DNA from: a candidate division WOR-3 bacterium
GTDB taxonomy: Bacteria > Hydrothermota > 32-111
NCBI GenBank assembly: GCA_037481815.1
Contig: JBBFKX010000002.1
Coordinates: 1-64,000, forward strand
Direction: 5' to 3'
DNA: 64,000 bases
The notes beneath the pieces are model-generated. The model worked only from the letters and a program-made list of their open reading frames with translations. It was not told the DNA's origin and did not search any database. The translations under genes and the position numbers were made by a program. This document shows, in pieces, positions 9,609-18,516 of this stretch (the first letter of the stretch is position 1; each line of letters begins with the position of its first letter).

Positions 9609-10012
9609 CTCCTCTCCTTAAAGAAAACTTTTTTTTCATAAATGTAAGATTTTTTTGAATCTGAAGCATGAACTGAGTTTCTTCTGAACGTTTCACCGAA
9701 TGTGTGTCTTATCGTCCCTTTTTTTGCATCTTTTGGATCAGTTGCACCAACTATTTCTCTTAGATACTCGATCGCATTTTTTCTTTCCAGAACAACTCCA
9801 ACTGTTAACCCAGAGCACATATATTCAACAAGATCATTAAAAAATTCTTTGCTCCTGTGAACCTTATAAAACTCTTTTGCCAATTTTTTTGTCATCTTCT
9901 GGGATTTTATCTGAACTATTTTAAAACCTTTTTCTTCAACTATTGAAAGAATTTTACCAACAAGATTTCTTCCTGTCGCATCAGGTTTTATCAACATAAG
10001 GGTTCTTTCCAG
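9605..10012 (-). CDS. ndk: Nucleoside-diphosphate kinase (probable CTG start)
   Basis: IKPD, FYKVH, GATDP, GTIR, NSVHASDS. Frame extends to CTG-GAA-AGA-ACC-CTT (MERTL-like) at 10012. Confidence 0.93.
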   Translation of the reverse strand: MERTLMLIKPDATGRNLVGKILSIVEEKGFKIVQIKSQKMTKKLAKEFYKVHRSKEFFNDLVEYMCSGLTVGVVLERKNAIEYLREIVGATDPKDAKKGTIRHTFGETFRRNSVHASDSKKSYIYEKKVFFKERR

Positions 10013-10013
10013 A

Positions 10014-10955
10014 TTACCCCCTTTTGATAAGTGTTCCCGACTCTCCTCTTACAACATCTTTTCCAAGTTCAACAGAGCCAATCAAAGCCCTTTTACCTGT
10101 GTTTTCAACAAACCTGATCATCGCTTCAATCTTAGGGCCCATCGATCCGGGCGGAAATTGTCCTTCAATAAAATATTTTCTTGCTTCAGATACTGTTAAC
10201 TCTTTGAGTTCCTGTTCGTTCACTTTTCTGAAATTGATGCAAACCCTTTTTACAGCAGTTAAAATATAAAACTCATCAGCCCCTATTTCCTCTGCAAGAA
10301 GTGCCGATGCTTTATCTTTATCGATAACAGCGTCAAGACCTTCAAGGTTTCCTTTCGAATCATAGTATACAGGAATCCCTCCACCACCTGCTGCGATAAC
10401 TATATAACCGTTTTCAAGCAAAGTTTTTATAACATCTTTTTCGACAATACCTTTTGGTTCAGGTGAAGGAACAACTCTTCTATACCCTCTTCCAACATCA
10501 TGTTTTACAACCCATCCTTTTTTCAAAAGGTTTGGGACATCCTCCTCTTTATAAAATTTTCCAACAAATTTTGAAGGATTTTTTATTGATGGGTCATTTT
10601 CATCAACAAGCACCTGAGTTATCACAACTGCAACCTGTCTATTTATTCCCTCTTTTTTTAATCTATTCATCAAAGATTGTGAAATCATATAACCTATAGA
10701 TCCCTGAGTCTCAGCATCTATAACACCAAGTGGAAGTGATGGCACCTCATTTTCAGCGATCTCATTTTTCAAAAGTTCAAAACCTGCCTGAGGACCATTA
10801 CCATGAGTTATTACAACTGAAAAGTCCTGACGGAGTAATTCGATTACTCCGTCAAGAGACATTCTTGTATTTGCAAACTGCTCGGTTATCGTTCCCTTCT
10901 GACCATCCTGAATCAGCGCGTTTCCACCTAAAGCAACAACTGCAATCTTAGTCAT
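10014..10955 (-). CDS. arcC: Carbamate kinase
   Basis: VALGGNAL, THGNGPQ, RRVVPSP, GGGGIPV, AVIDKD, GSMGPK. Confidence 0.96.
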   Translation of the reverse strand: MTKIAVVALGGNALIQDGQKGTITEQFANTRMSLDGVIELLRQDFSVVITHGNGPQAGFELLKNEIAENEVPSLPLGVIDAETQGSIGYMISQSLMNRLKKEGINRQVAVVITQVLVDENDPSIKNPSKFVGKFYKEEDVPNLLKKGWVVKHDVGRGYRRVVPSPEPKGIVEKDVIKTLLENGYIVIAAGGGGIPVYYDSKGNLEGLDAVIDKDKASALLAEEIGADEFYILTAVKRVCINFRKVNEQELKELTVSEARKYFIEGQFPPGSMGPKIEAMIRFVENTGKRALIGSVELGKDVVRGESGTLIKRG

Positions 10956-10960
10956 AATAC

Positions 10961-12286
10961 TTATTTTTTAATCTTTTTCACAAAATTTTTCAAAACATCT
11001 TCAAGATCTGGTTTTCCGATTTCCTGTAGATCATAACCAACTCTTACTGATGGCTTGTTGATCTTCACCAATCTTCCAAGGTTTATCGGTGTTGCTATAA
11101 CTATCGTTTCACATGGAATCTTGTTTATCGTTTTTTCAAGATCAGAGATCTGTTTTTTCGAATAACCCATTGCAGGAAGTATTGCGCCTGCGTCAGAGTA
11201 TTTTTCGTATGTCTCTTTTATTTCACCAACAGCATAAGGATGTGGATCTATTATCTCTTTTGCTCCAAACCTTTTTGCTGCAACAACACCTGCTCCATAT
11301 TTCATTTCGCCATGAGTGAGTGTTGGACCATCCTCAACAACAGCAACCTTTTTTCCTTTTATAAGTTCAGGTTTATCAACCGAAACTGGAGATGCTGCTT
11401 CAATTACTGTTGCTTTTGGATTTACTTTTGCGATATTTTCTCTTACGATCTCAACATTTTCAGGTTTCGCTGAATCTATTTTGTTTATAACAACAACATC
11501 TGCGAGTCGAATGTTAACACAACCAGGATAATATGTGAGTTCATGACCTGGTCTATGAGGATCAGCAACTGTTATCACAAGATCAGGTTTATAGAATGGA
11601 AAATCGTTGTTTCCACCATCCCATAGAATTATATCTGCCTCTTTTTCTGCTTGCCTAATTATATCCTCATAATCAACACCTGCATATACAACCGTTCCAT
11701 TGTTTATATGAGGTTCATATTCCTCCATCTCCTCTATAGTACAATTATGTTTTTTCAGATCCTCTATTGAAGCAAACCTCTGGACTCTCTGTTTTTCAAG
11801 ATCACCATAAGGCATGGGATGTCTTATCGCAACAAGTTTATAACCCATACCTCTTAAAATTTTTGATACAGCCCTTGTTGTCTGAGATTTACCTGAACCT
11901 GTCCTCACTGCAACTATTGATACAACTGGCTTTGATGATTTTATATATGTCTGTTCAGGTCCAAGAAGCATATAACTTGCACCAGCAGCCATCGCTTCTG
12001 CACCTTTGTTCATAACATACTGGTTGGAAATATCCGAATATGAGAACACAACAAGATCAACCTTTTTTTCCTTTATTATCTTTGTCATATCCTTTTCATC
12101 ATAAATAGGAATCCCCTTTTTATAAAGTTTTCCTGCAAGTGATGGAGGATACAATCTTCCCTCTATATCTGGAATCTGTGTAGCAGTGAAACCAACAACC
12201 TCATATTCCTCATTATTTCTAAAAAACACATTAAAATTATGGAAATCTCTTCCTGCTGCTCCTAAAATCAAAACTCTCTTTTTCAT
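10961..12286 (-). CDS. arcE: Arginine synthetase ArcE-like P-loop enzyme (often annotated as cDPG synthetase-like or GTPase)
   Basis: GAAGRDFHNFN, ATQIPDI, RTGSGKSQT, RHPMPYG, TIEEMEEYEPH, WDGGNND, EDGPTLTHG, PAMGY; directly upstream of arcC. Confidence 0.8.
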   Translation of the reverse strand: MKKRVLILGAAGRDFHNFNVFFRNNEEYEVVGFTATQIPDIEGRLYPPSLAGKLYKKGIPIYDEKDMTKIIKEKKVDLVVFSYSDISNQYVMNKGAEAMAAGASYMLLGPEQTYIKSSKPVVSIVAVRTGSGKSQTTRAVSKILRGMGYKLVAIRHPMPYGDLEKQRVQRFASIEDLKKHNCTIEEMEEYEPHINNGTVVYAGVDYEDIIRQAEKEADIILWDGGNNDFPFYKPDLVITVADPHRPGHELTYYPGCVNIRLADVVVINKIDSAKPENVEIVRENIAKVNPKATVIEAASPVSVDKPELIKGKKVAVVEDGPTLTHGEMKYGAGVVAAKRFGAKEIIDPHPYAVGEIKETYEKYSDAGAILPAMGYSKKQISDLEKTINKIPCETIVIATPINLGRLVKINKPSVRVGYDLQEIGKPDLEDVLKNFVKKIKK

Positions 12287-12335
12287 ATCTAATACCTCCT
12301 GCTGTTAATTTAATTTTAACAAAAATTAAAAAAAT

Positions 12336-12364
12336 AAAATAACATATTAAAACTTTTAAGTCAA
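12336..12364 (-). promoter_or_regulatory. Candidate promoter of the arcE operon (leadered)
   Basis: TTGACT-17 nt-TATTTT with upstream TG; AGGAGG RBS before ATG 12286. Confidence 0.45.
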
Positions 12365-12386
12365 GTGTTATGATTACAGGAAATAA

Positions 12387-13337
12387 TCACTTTTTGATGA
12401 TCATGTTAAGGTAGGGATAGAAAAATCCTTTATCGATTTGGGGAGAGATTTTTTGTAGAAGATCAAAAAATTTTTTTTCTTTCGAAAAGGGTAAAAAAAA
12501 CTGTTTCAAATGAGAAACCACATCGATATCCTTTGCTTTTATATCCCATGCAATTTCAAGTTCATGAAAACTCATCCCTCTGCCCCTTCTTAAAAAATGT
12601 AAAAATTTTTCATCTGAGTACTCGTTATAGATTTCCCTGAAATTACTCCTCTCACTGAACTTCGCATAATCGAAAGCTATTCGATCAGGTAACCAGTTGA
12701 AGTATGGAAGTAGTGATGTATGTTCATCGAAAAACCATAGTCGGTTTGGAGTTTCGATTATCGTAAAAAAAGAACCTTTTTCAAGAAATGAAAAATATTT
12801 TTTCAAACAATCTATCCTTTCCTCATAAACCATATGTTCAAAAGATGCATAAAAAATAATCATATCAAATTTTCTATCTTTAATATTTTCAAAAACAACT
12901 GATGCATTACCCTCAATAAATTCAGCTTTTAAACCATAAATGGACATCCTTTCCTTTGCTACCGTTAAACTATCTTTATCAATATCTATACCGGTAACAG
13001 AAGCACCCTGTTCAGAGAGTGCAACAGTTGATGATCCTGTTCCACAACCAATCTCCAAAATTTTTTTATCTTTTAAATTAAAAGTTTTCGATATCCATGG
13101 TATATAATAGTATCTGTTTTCATTAAGGCGCAAATAGAGTTGTGTTTTTAAGTCATTTTCAAATGTCTTTTCAGAAAAATTACTTTTCTCCCTCCATCCT
13201 TTAAAAAAAGTATCTTCAAGTGTTTTTTGAAAATTTTTTAATTTTTCATCAGGAATTTTGATAAAGTTTTTTTTGATATTTTTAGGAACTTGCTCTTTTT
13301 GTAACTTTTTATAAACCTTATAAACAAATTTTTTCAT
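12387..13337 (-). CDS. Class I SAM-dependent methyltransferase (UbiG/FkbM-like)
   Basis: ILEIGCGTG, GIDID, FEHM, ETPNR. Confidence 0.85.
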   Translation of the reverse strand: MKKFVYKVYKKLQKEQVPKNIKKNFIKIPDEKLKNFQKTLEDTFFKGWREKSNFSEKTFENDLKTQLYLRLNENRYYYIPWISKTFNLKDKKILEIGCGTGSSTVALSEQGASVTGIDIDKDSLTVAKERMSIYGLKAEFIEGNASVVFENIKDRKFDMIIFYASFEHMVYEERIDCLKKYFSFLEKGSFFTIIETPNRLWFFDEHTSLLPYFNWLPDRIAFDYAKFSERSNFREIYNEYSDEKFLHFLRRGRGMSFHELEIAWDIKAKDIDVVSHLKQFFLPFSKEKKFFDLLQKISPQIDKGFFYPYLNMIIKK

Positions 13338-13343
13338 ATTTTT

Positions 13344-13372
13344 ATTTTAACTGATTTTTCAATTTCTTTCAA
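13344..13372 (-). promoter_or_regulatory. Promoter, leaderless geometry
   Basis: TTGAAA-17-TAAAAT, 6 nt to ATG 13337, no SD. Confidence 0.6.
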
Positions 13373-13456
13373 GAAAATATTTCCCGGGGACGGTGCTTGA
13401 CTTTTTGACATTTTTTAGAAATGTTCAATCAAAAAATCAATTAAAACTTTTTCATC

Positions 13457-13484
13457 TTGAATTGGTTTCTTTTATCCTTATACT
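13457..13484 (+). promoter_or_regulatory. Promoter, leaderless geometry
   Basis: TTGAAT-16-TATACT, 7 nt to ATG 13492, no SD. Confidence 0.6.
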
Positions 13485-13491
13485 TACTTTT

Positions 13492-14295
13492 ATGTATGAA
13501 ATTTTAAAACTTTATGCTTTTATCGTTAGAAAATTTATAAACAGAAAAAAAAATATACAAAAAATGCATTCCCACCTGAAAAAAGGATATGAAGAGTATT
13601 TAAAGTTAAAAGATAAAGAGATAATAGATTACAATTCAAAAAAATTTAAAATCATAAAAATAAAAACAAAGATTTTTACCGGTGGAGAAGACCTTTTAAA
13701 CTATATCTATGAAAACCTTAAAGATGAGATAAAAGAAAATGACATTTTAACAGTTGCAGAGTCAATTGTAGGAATAACACAGAACAGGGCTTATCGAGTG
13801 GATGAGATAAAACCATCAAAATGGGCATACTTTTTATATCCATGGGTTTCAAATGTTGATTATGGCACAGGACTTGGTATGGCAGAGACGATGGAATGCG
13901 CTATAAGAGAGGTCGGGCTGAAAAGAATCTTGAAAGCAACACTTTTTGGATTCTTTGATAGAATCAGAAAAAAGAGTGGTTCATTTTATAAAGTTGCAGG
14001 AAAAGAGGTCAAAAGTATAGATTTCAAAAAAAACCATCCTATACCTTTTAAAGGTTCAAATAATTATATAGTTCTTTCTCCAAAAGATCCTGAAAAATTT
14101 GCAAAAAATCTTTACAAAAAATTTTCAAAAAATATTTTTGCTTGTGTTGTTGATGCAAACAATGTTTCGATTGATATTCTGGGACTTTATCCTGAAAATA
14201 AAAATGTTGAAAATATAATAATGAATGTAATGAAAGGAAATCCAGCAGGACAAGATGATGAAAAAACCCCTATCATCATTATCAGAGAAATTTAA
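13492..14295 (+). CDS. Coenzyme F420-0:L-glutamate ligase (CofE)-like protein
   Basis: DILTVAESIVGITQNR, FYKVAG, VVDANN, GNPAGQDDEKTPIIIIR match the bacterial CofE-like subfamily. Start set to ATG 13492 from promoter geometry. Confidence 0.7.
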   Translation: MYEILKLYAFIVRKFINRKKNIQKMHSHLKKGYEEYLKLKDKEIIDYNSKKFKIIKIKTKIFTGGEDLLNYIYENLKDEIKENDILTVAESIVGITQNRAYRVDEIKPSKWAYFLYPWVSNVDYGTGLGMAETMECAIREVGLKRILKATLFGFFDRIRKKSGSFYKVAGKEVKSIDFKKNHPIPFKGSNNYIVLSPKDPEKFAKNLYKKFSKNIFACVVDANNVSIDILGLYPENKNVENIIMNVMKGNPAGQDDEKTPIIIIREI

Positions 14296-15592
14296 AACAA
14301 ACTTTTTTAAATCGATATTTTCTACATCTCTACTTATAGGGATTTCAAGATTATCCGGGTTTTTCAGAGAGGTTGTCTACTCCGCTTTTATCGGGACATC
14401 CAGAATAATGGATGGTTTTCTGGTAGCGTTTCTTCTCCCAAACTTCTTTAGAAGAATACTTGGAGAAAGAGCAGCGGAATCAGTATTTTTACCAATGTAT
14501 ATCAGAGAAAGAGAAAAGAGTCAAAAAGATGCTGATTCTTATATGTCTAATCTTTTTACAATAATTTCCCTTATACTGATAATAGGAACAATCTTTTTAT
14601 ATCTGATCTCACCGATACTATTGAAAATTTTAGCACCCGGGTTTGACAGAGAAACTTATGAAATTTCATTGAAAATAACTTATCTTATTTTACCCTATAT
14701 GTTTTTTATAGGTATATACTCTTTTCTTGGTTCACTCCTTGAATCTTTCAAAAAGTTTTCACTCTACAACATATCTCCACTACTTTTTAATCTCGTGATG
14801 ATAATAGCGATTCCATTATTTTACAAAAAAAATCCAATACTCACAATTTCGTTTTCAGTTCTTGTTGGAGTTATATTACAAACTTTAATACTTTTTTTTG
14901 GATTAAAAAAACTACCTGTTAAATACAATTTCACTATATCCTTCAAAGATGAAAGGATAAAAAAAAGTTTTAAACTTTTGATTCCAATAATAGGAGCCAG
15001 TTTTATAGAAAAAAGTGCAATATATGTTGATAGAATAATGGGTTCGATTCTTGGAACAGGAGCAATTTCCGCTTTACATTTCTCGTTCTTATTAACAGAC
15101 CTTCCCTTTGCTGTTTTTTCAATCGCCATTTCAAAAGTAATACATCCTTACATTTCAGAGAAAGAAAACTATTCTTCAAAAGAAAATTTTAAAAAGTTCA
15201 TCAGAAGAGGGGTCTTCTTAAACATTGCGATTCTTTTACCGATAAGTTTATTCTTCATAATCTTTGCTGAAAAGATAATAAGCATAATCTATCAAAGAGG
15301 TGCTTTCAATGTTCAATCTGTTAAAATGACATATGTTCCTTTCATCTATTATACACTCGGACTGATTCCAATGGGAATAATACAGGTTTTTGCAAAAGGT
15401 TTTTATTCACTTTTAAACACAAAAACACCTTTATATGTCTCAGGTGTTTCGATGGTTTTGAACATACTTTTGAACATAATTCTTCTGCCAAAATTTAACC
15501 TTGCAGGTATCGCTTTTGCCACTTCACTTTCATACTGGTTCCATGCAACCTATCTTTATTTTAAACTGAAAAAAAATCTGGAAAGAATATGA
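14255..15592 (+). CDS. murJ: MurJ/MviN-family MOP flippase, 12-TM variant
   Basis: SRLSGFFRE, DGFLVAFLLPNFFRRILGE, LAPGF, RGAF, GFYSLLNTKTP, GIAFATS. Confidence 0.85.
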   Translation: MMKKPLSSLSEKFKTNFFKSIFSTSLLIGISRLSGFFREVVYSAFIGTSRIMDGFLVAFLLPNFFRRILGERAAESVFLPMYIREREKSQKDADSYMSNLFTIISLILIIGTIFLYLISPILLKILAPGFDRETYEISLKITYLILPYMFFIGIYSFLGSLLESFKKFSLYNISPLLFNLVMIIAIPLFYKKNPILTISFSVLVGVILQTLILFFGLKKLPVKYNFTISFKDERIKKSFKLLIPIIGASFIEKSAIYVDRIMGSILGTGAISALHFSFLLTDLPFAVFSIAISKVIHPYISEKENYSSKENFKKFIRRGVFLNIAILLPISLFFIIFAEKIISIIYQRGAFNVQSVKMTYVPFIYYTLGLIPMGIIQVFAKGFYSLLNTKTPLYVSGVSMVLNILLNIILLPKFNLAGIAFATSLSYWFHATYLYFKLKKNLERI

Positions 15593-15963
15593 AGATATCA
15601 AATGGGATAGATATCATAGAAGTTAAAAGGATAAAAGATAAATTTGAAAAAAATCAAAAATTCAAAGAGAAAATTTTTACTGAAAACGAATTGAACCAAG
15701 TGAAGGGGCTTGAAATAGAATATATAGTTCTTGCAGGAAAATGGGCTTCAAAAGAAGCATTTTCAAAAGCACTTGGAACAGGTATAGGAAAAGAACTTGA
15801 TTGGAAAGATATGGAGATCATAAACGATATCAATGGAAAACCTGAAATAAGAATTTCTCAGAATCTTATCAAAAAATATAAAATAGATCAGATCTCTCTT
15901 TCGATTTCACATATAAAAGATTATGCCATAGCATCAGTTTTTATTCTTTTCAACCAAACTTGA
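15589..15963 (+). CDS. acpS: Holo-[acyl-carrier-protein] synthase
   Basis: GIDIIEV, LAGKWASKEAFSKALGTG, GKP, SISH. Confidence 0.93.
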   Translation: MKISNGIDIIEVKRIKDKFEKNQKFKEKIFTENELNQVKGLEIEYIVLAGKWASKEAFSKALGTGIGKELDWKDMEIINDINGKPEIRISQNLIKKYKIDQISLSISHIKDYAIASVFILFNQT

Positions 15964-18516
15964 AATCTTTTTCTTGATACCCTTTATTGAAAGGTTATCA
16001 TCCTTTTCAACTTTTGAAATTTTTATGAGATATTCTTTATACATTTTAATCAAGTATTTAAAATTTTCATTTGAAATCAATTTATAAATAGTAATAAATT
16101 CCTCATAATTATTCAAATCACCTAAAAGTTGCATATATCTTAAAGTTGAAGAAAATTCTGATAGATAATTCGATATCGATTGACGAACAACTCTATCCTC
16201 TTCCTTATCAATCTTTTTCACAAAAAGTTCAACAAGATCAAACTTATGTTTTCTAAAACATTCAAGAATCTCAACTTTTAATCTGTAACTTCCTTTATCG
16301 TAATGCTCCAGTAAAAATGTTAAATCAACTGTTGTATCAAGATTTCCAATAGCAAAAACTGAAAGTTCTTTGATTTTTTGATCTGGATAAGAAAGGTGTT
16401 CTTTCAATGTCTGGAATGATCTATTGTATTTCGCCTGTGAAAGTATATAGATTATATTTTTTTTCGTATTTTTATCTTCGCTCCTGTTCAACTTTTCGAT
16501 CAATTTGTCTTTTAAAATATCTGAACAGTTTTTGAACAGATAGTTCATCGCTTCAAGTTCAAGTCCATCATCGGTTGAGATTTTTTTATCAAGAACATAT
16601 TTTACAGATTCATTTTCCCGTTTTAAAAGTATTTTTCTTGCTTTTTCAACTTTATAAAAGTTATCCCTTACAGCCCACTCTGATGAGATTTCAAATATTT
16701 TTTCTATCGGTAAATCTTCTGAAACAAAAAATGTATCCGGTTCTTTCTTTTCTTCAACAAATCCAACATCAACACCAAATCCATAATATTTGTTTATCCA
16801 ACTGATTGAATCTTTGTTTGATTGCTTTGAATAAAAATCTTTCCCTTCACAGTCAATAAAAAGTCCAATACCTGAAAATCCTCTCGATTCGTTCACATCT
16901 CCATTTGAAAGTTTTTCACTTGAAAAATAGGAGTCGTTCCCTTTTTTATCAAGAAATATTCCAACAGAGTTGTTTAAGCCAACACCCTGACCACCTGAAA
17001 CGGTATAGTTGTCATCACCCTTCTGATCGATCAAAACCCCATAAGCAAAATCATGTCCTTCTCCTTGCGATGGACCATACCTTGAAAAGAACATATCATC
17101 ACCTGAATAATCGAACAAACCACCCACAGAAAGATGAATCCCGGATCCCTGTGCATACTGTGCTGAAGAGTAATAATCGTTTCCAGAAAAATCGAAAAGA
17201 AGTCCAACACTGTGCCAGTAACTTCCTCCCTGCCCAAAAACAGAGGAGAAATAGTTATCGTTCCCTTTATAATCAACAAGAATTCCGACTCCACCACATG
17301 TTCTTGGTCTTAAACCAAATCCAAAGCCCTGACTCATCGAAAGATAATCGTTTTCAAGTAAAGGTGCATGCTTGAAAAATGTTCCTGATATATAATGGTC
17401 GTCACCTGAAGAATCAACAAGTATACCAGTACCTTTAACAAAACCAAATCCCTGTGAAAATGCAGAAGAATAATATATATCGTTTCCAGATTTATCGATC
17501 AACTCTCCCCTTCCAAAGTAGCCCGCACCCTGCGTGAAAAATCCTCCTGAATAAAAATCGTTTCCACCACCATCATAAAGTTGTGAAAATCCTATAAAAG
17601 CTGCCCCCTGTGAAAAGTTGTATGTTTTATAAAAATCGTTACCATTAAGATCGAACAAAAAATTGACACCGTTTATTGCACCACAGGAAACCTTAAAACT
17701 GTCTGTTGAAATATACTGGTCATCTCCATCAAAATCTATAATAAACCTGATTCTTTTTGTATAAGGATAAACAACCCCACAACTGTTAAAATATTTATCA
17801 TCACCACCAAGATCAATTATAAAATCATATTCATCATAATATGAGTTTGAATAAAAATCTCCAATAAACAATCTCCCATTTGAAAGAAAAGTATCAACAG
17901 GATAGAGTTGTCCATTAACAAAAAGTTCGATTATTCTTTTTTTAAAATTTTCAGTTAAAATTTTTACCTTTTCAAAGTCAGAATTTACCAGATAAGAATA
18001 ATTTACAAGGGAATCAACCTTTAAAGAATTAGTATCAATATTTATACCAAGAGATTGCTCTATCCTTCCTTTATATAGATAAGACAATGATTCTTCAAAA
18101 AAAAGTAATGGAATAATCTGTAAAATATCTCGACTTTTTTCAACATTTATTTTAATTTTTTCTCTCAAAATCTGATTGACATCTCCGGTATATTTTTCAA
18201 CAAGTTCAAAATGGTTTGTGATTTTTTCATAATCATTTTTTTCATAAATTTTATCGTGCAAATTTACAATCGAATCCAAATAAAACTCTCTTTTCTTAAC
18301 AAGTAGCAATGGATTGTTTAAAAGTGTATCTGCAAATGGCATTTTAAAGGAATCGTTAACAGAAAAATCTTTTTTAAAATTGAAATCTTTTTCCTCTATA
18401 CCAAAATTTCTACCTTTTTCAATTATCATCTTGTAATCCTCTTCTGGAACTTTTGCAAAAATTGTTGAAAAACAAAAAAGTAAAAATAAAAACTTTTTTA
18501 AACTTCCAAAAAACAT
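15934..18516 (-). CDS. Exported protein with 12 DxxGxDxY repeats and C-terminal HEAT-like helical repeats
   Basis: Signal peptide; repeats such as IIDLGGDDKY, LFDLNGNDFY, LIDKSGNDIY, LVDYKGNDNY separated by (S/G)QGxG; C-terminal HEAT-like segments (IKELSVFAIGNL). Confidence 0.7.
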   Translation of the reverse strand: MFFGSLKKFLFLLFCFSTIFAKVPEEDYKMIIEKGRNFGIEEKDFNFKKDFSVNDSFKMPFADTLLNNPLLLVKKREFYLDSIVNLHDKIYEKNDYEKITNHFELVEKYTGDVNQILREKIKINVEKSRDILQIIPLLFFEESLSYLYKGRIEQSLGINIDTNSLKVDSLVNYSYLVNSDFEKVKILTENFKKRIIELFVNGQLYPVDTFLSNGRLFIGDFYSNSYYDEYDFIIDLGGDDKYFNSCGVVYPYTKRIRFIIDFDGDDQYISTDSFKVSCGAINGVNFLFDLNGNDFYKTYNFSQGAAFIGFSQLYDGGGNDFYSGGFFTQGAGYFGRGELIDKSGNDIYYSSAFSQGFGFVKGTGILVDSSGDDHYISGTFFKHAPLLENDYLSMSQGFGFGLRPRTCGGVGILVDYKGNDNYFSSVFGQGGSYWHSVGLLFDFSGNDYYSSAQYAQGSGIHLSVGGLFDYSGDDMFFSRYGPSQGEGHDFAYGVLIDQKGDDNYTVSGGQGVGLNNSVGIFLDKKGNDSYFSSEKLSNGDVNESRGFSGIGLFIDCEGKDFYSKQSNKDSISWINKYYGFGVDVGFVEEKKEPDTFFVSEDLPIEKIFEISSEWAVRDNFYKVEKARKILLKRENESVKYVLDKKISTDDGLELEAMNYLFKNCSDILKDKLIEKLNRSEDKNTKKNIIYILSQAKYNRSFQTLKEHLSYPDQKIKELSVFAIGNLDTTVDLTFLLEHYDKGSYRLKVEILECFRKHKFDLVELFVKKIDKEEDRVVRQSISNYLSEFSSTLRYMQLLGDLNNYEEFITIYKLISNENFKYLIKMYKEYLIKISKVEKDDNLSIKGIKKKISSLVEKNKN

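Noticed and set aside
10961..12286. Cyclic 2,3-diphosphoglycerate synthetase
   Set aside because: No 2-phosphoglycerate kinase neighbour; the GAAGRDFHNFN subfamily plus adjacent arcC favours ArcE.
13345..13446. 15-bp imperfect inverted repeat (TTTTAACTGATTTTT / AAAAATCAATTAAAA) between divergent genes
   Set aside because: Almost entirely A/T, so not distinguishable from chance in this genome.
13492..14295. Coenzyme F420 biosynthesis
   Set aside because: No cofC/cofD/cofG/cofH nearby; neighbours are murJ and acpS.
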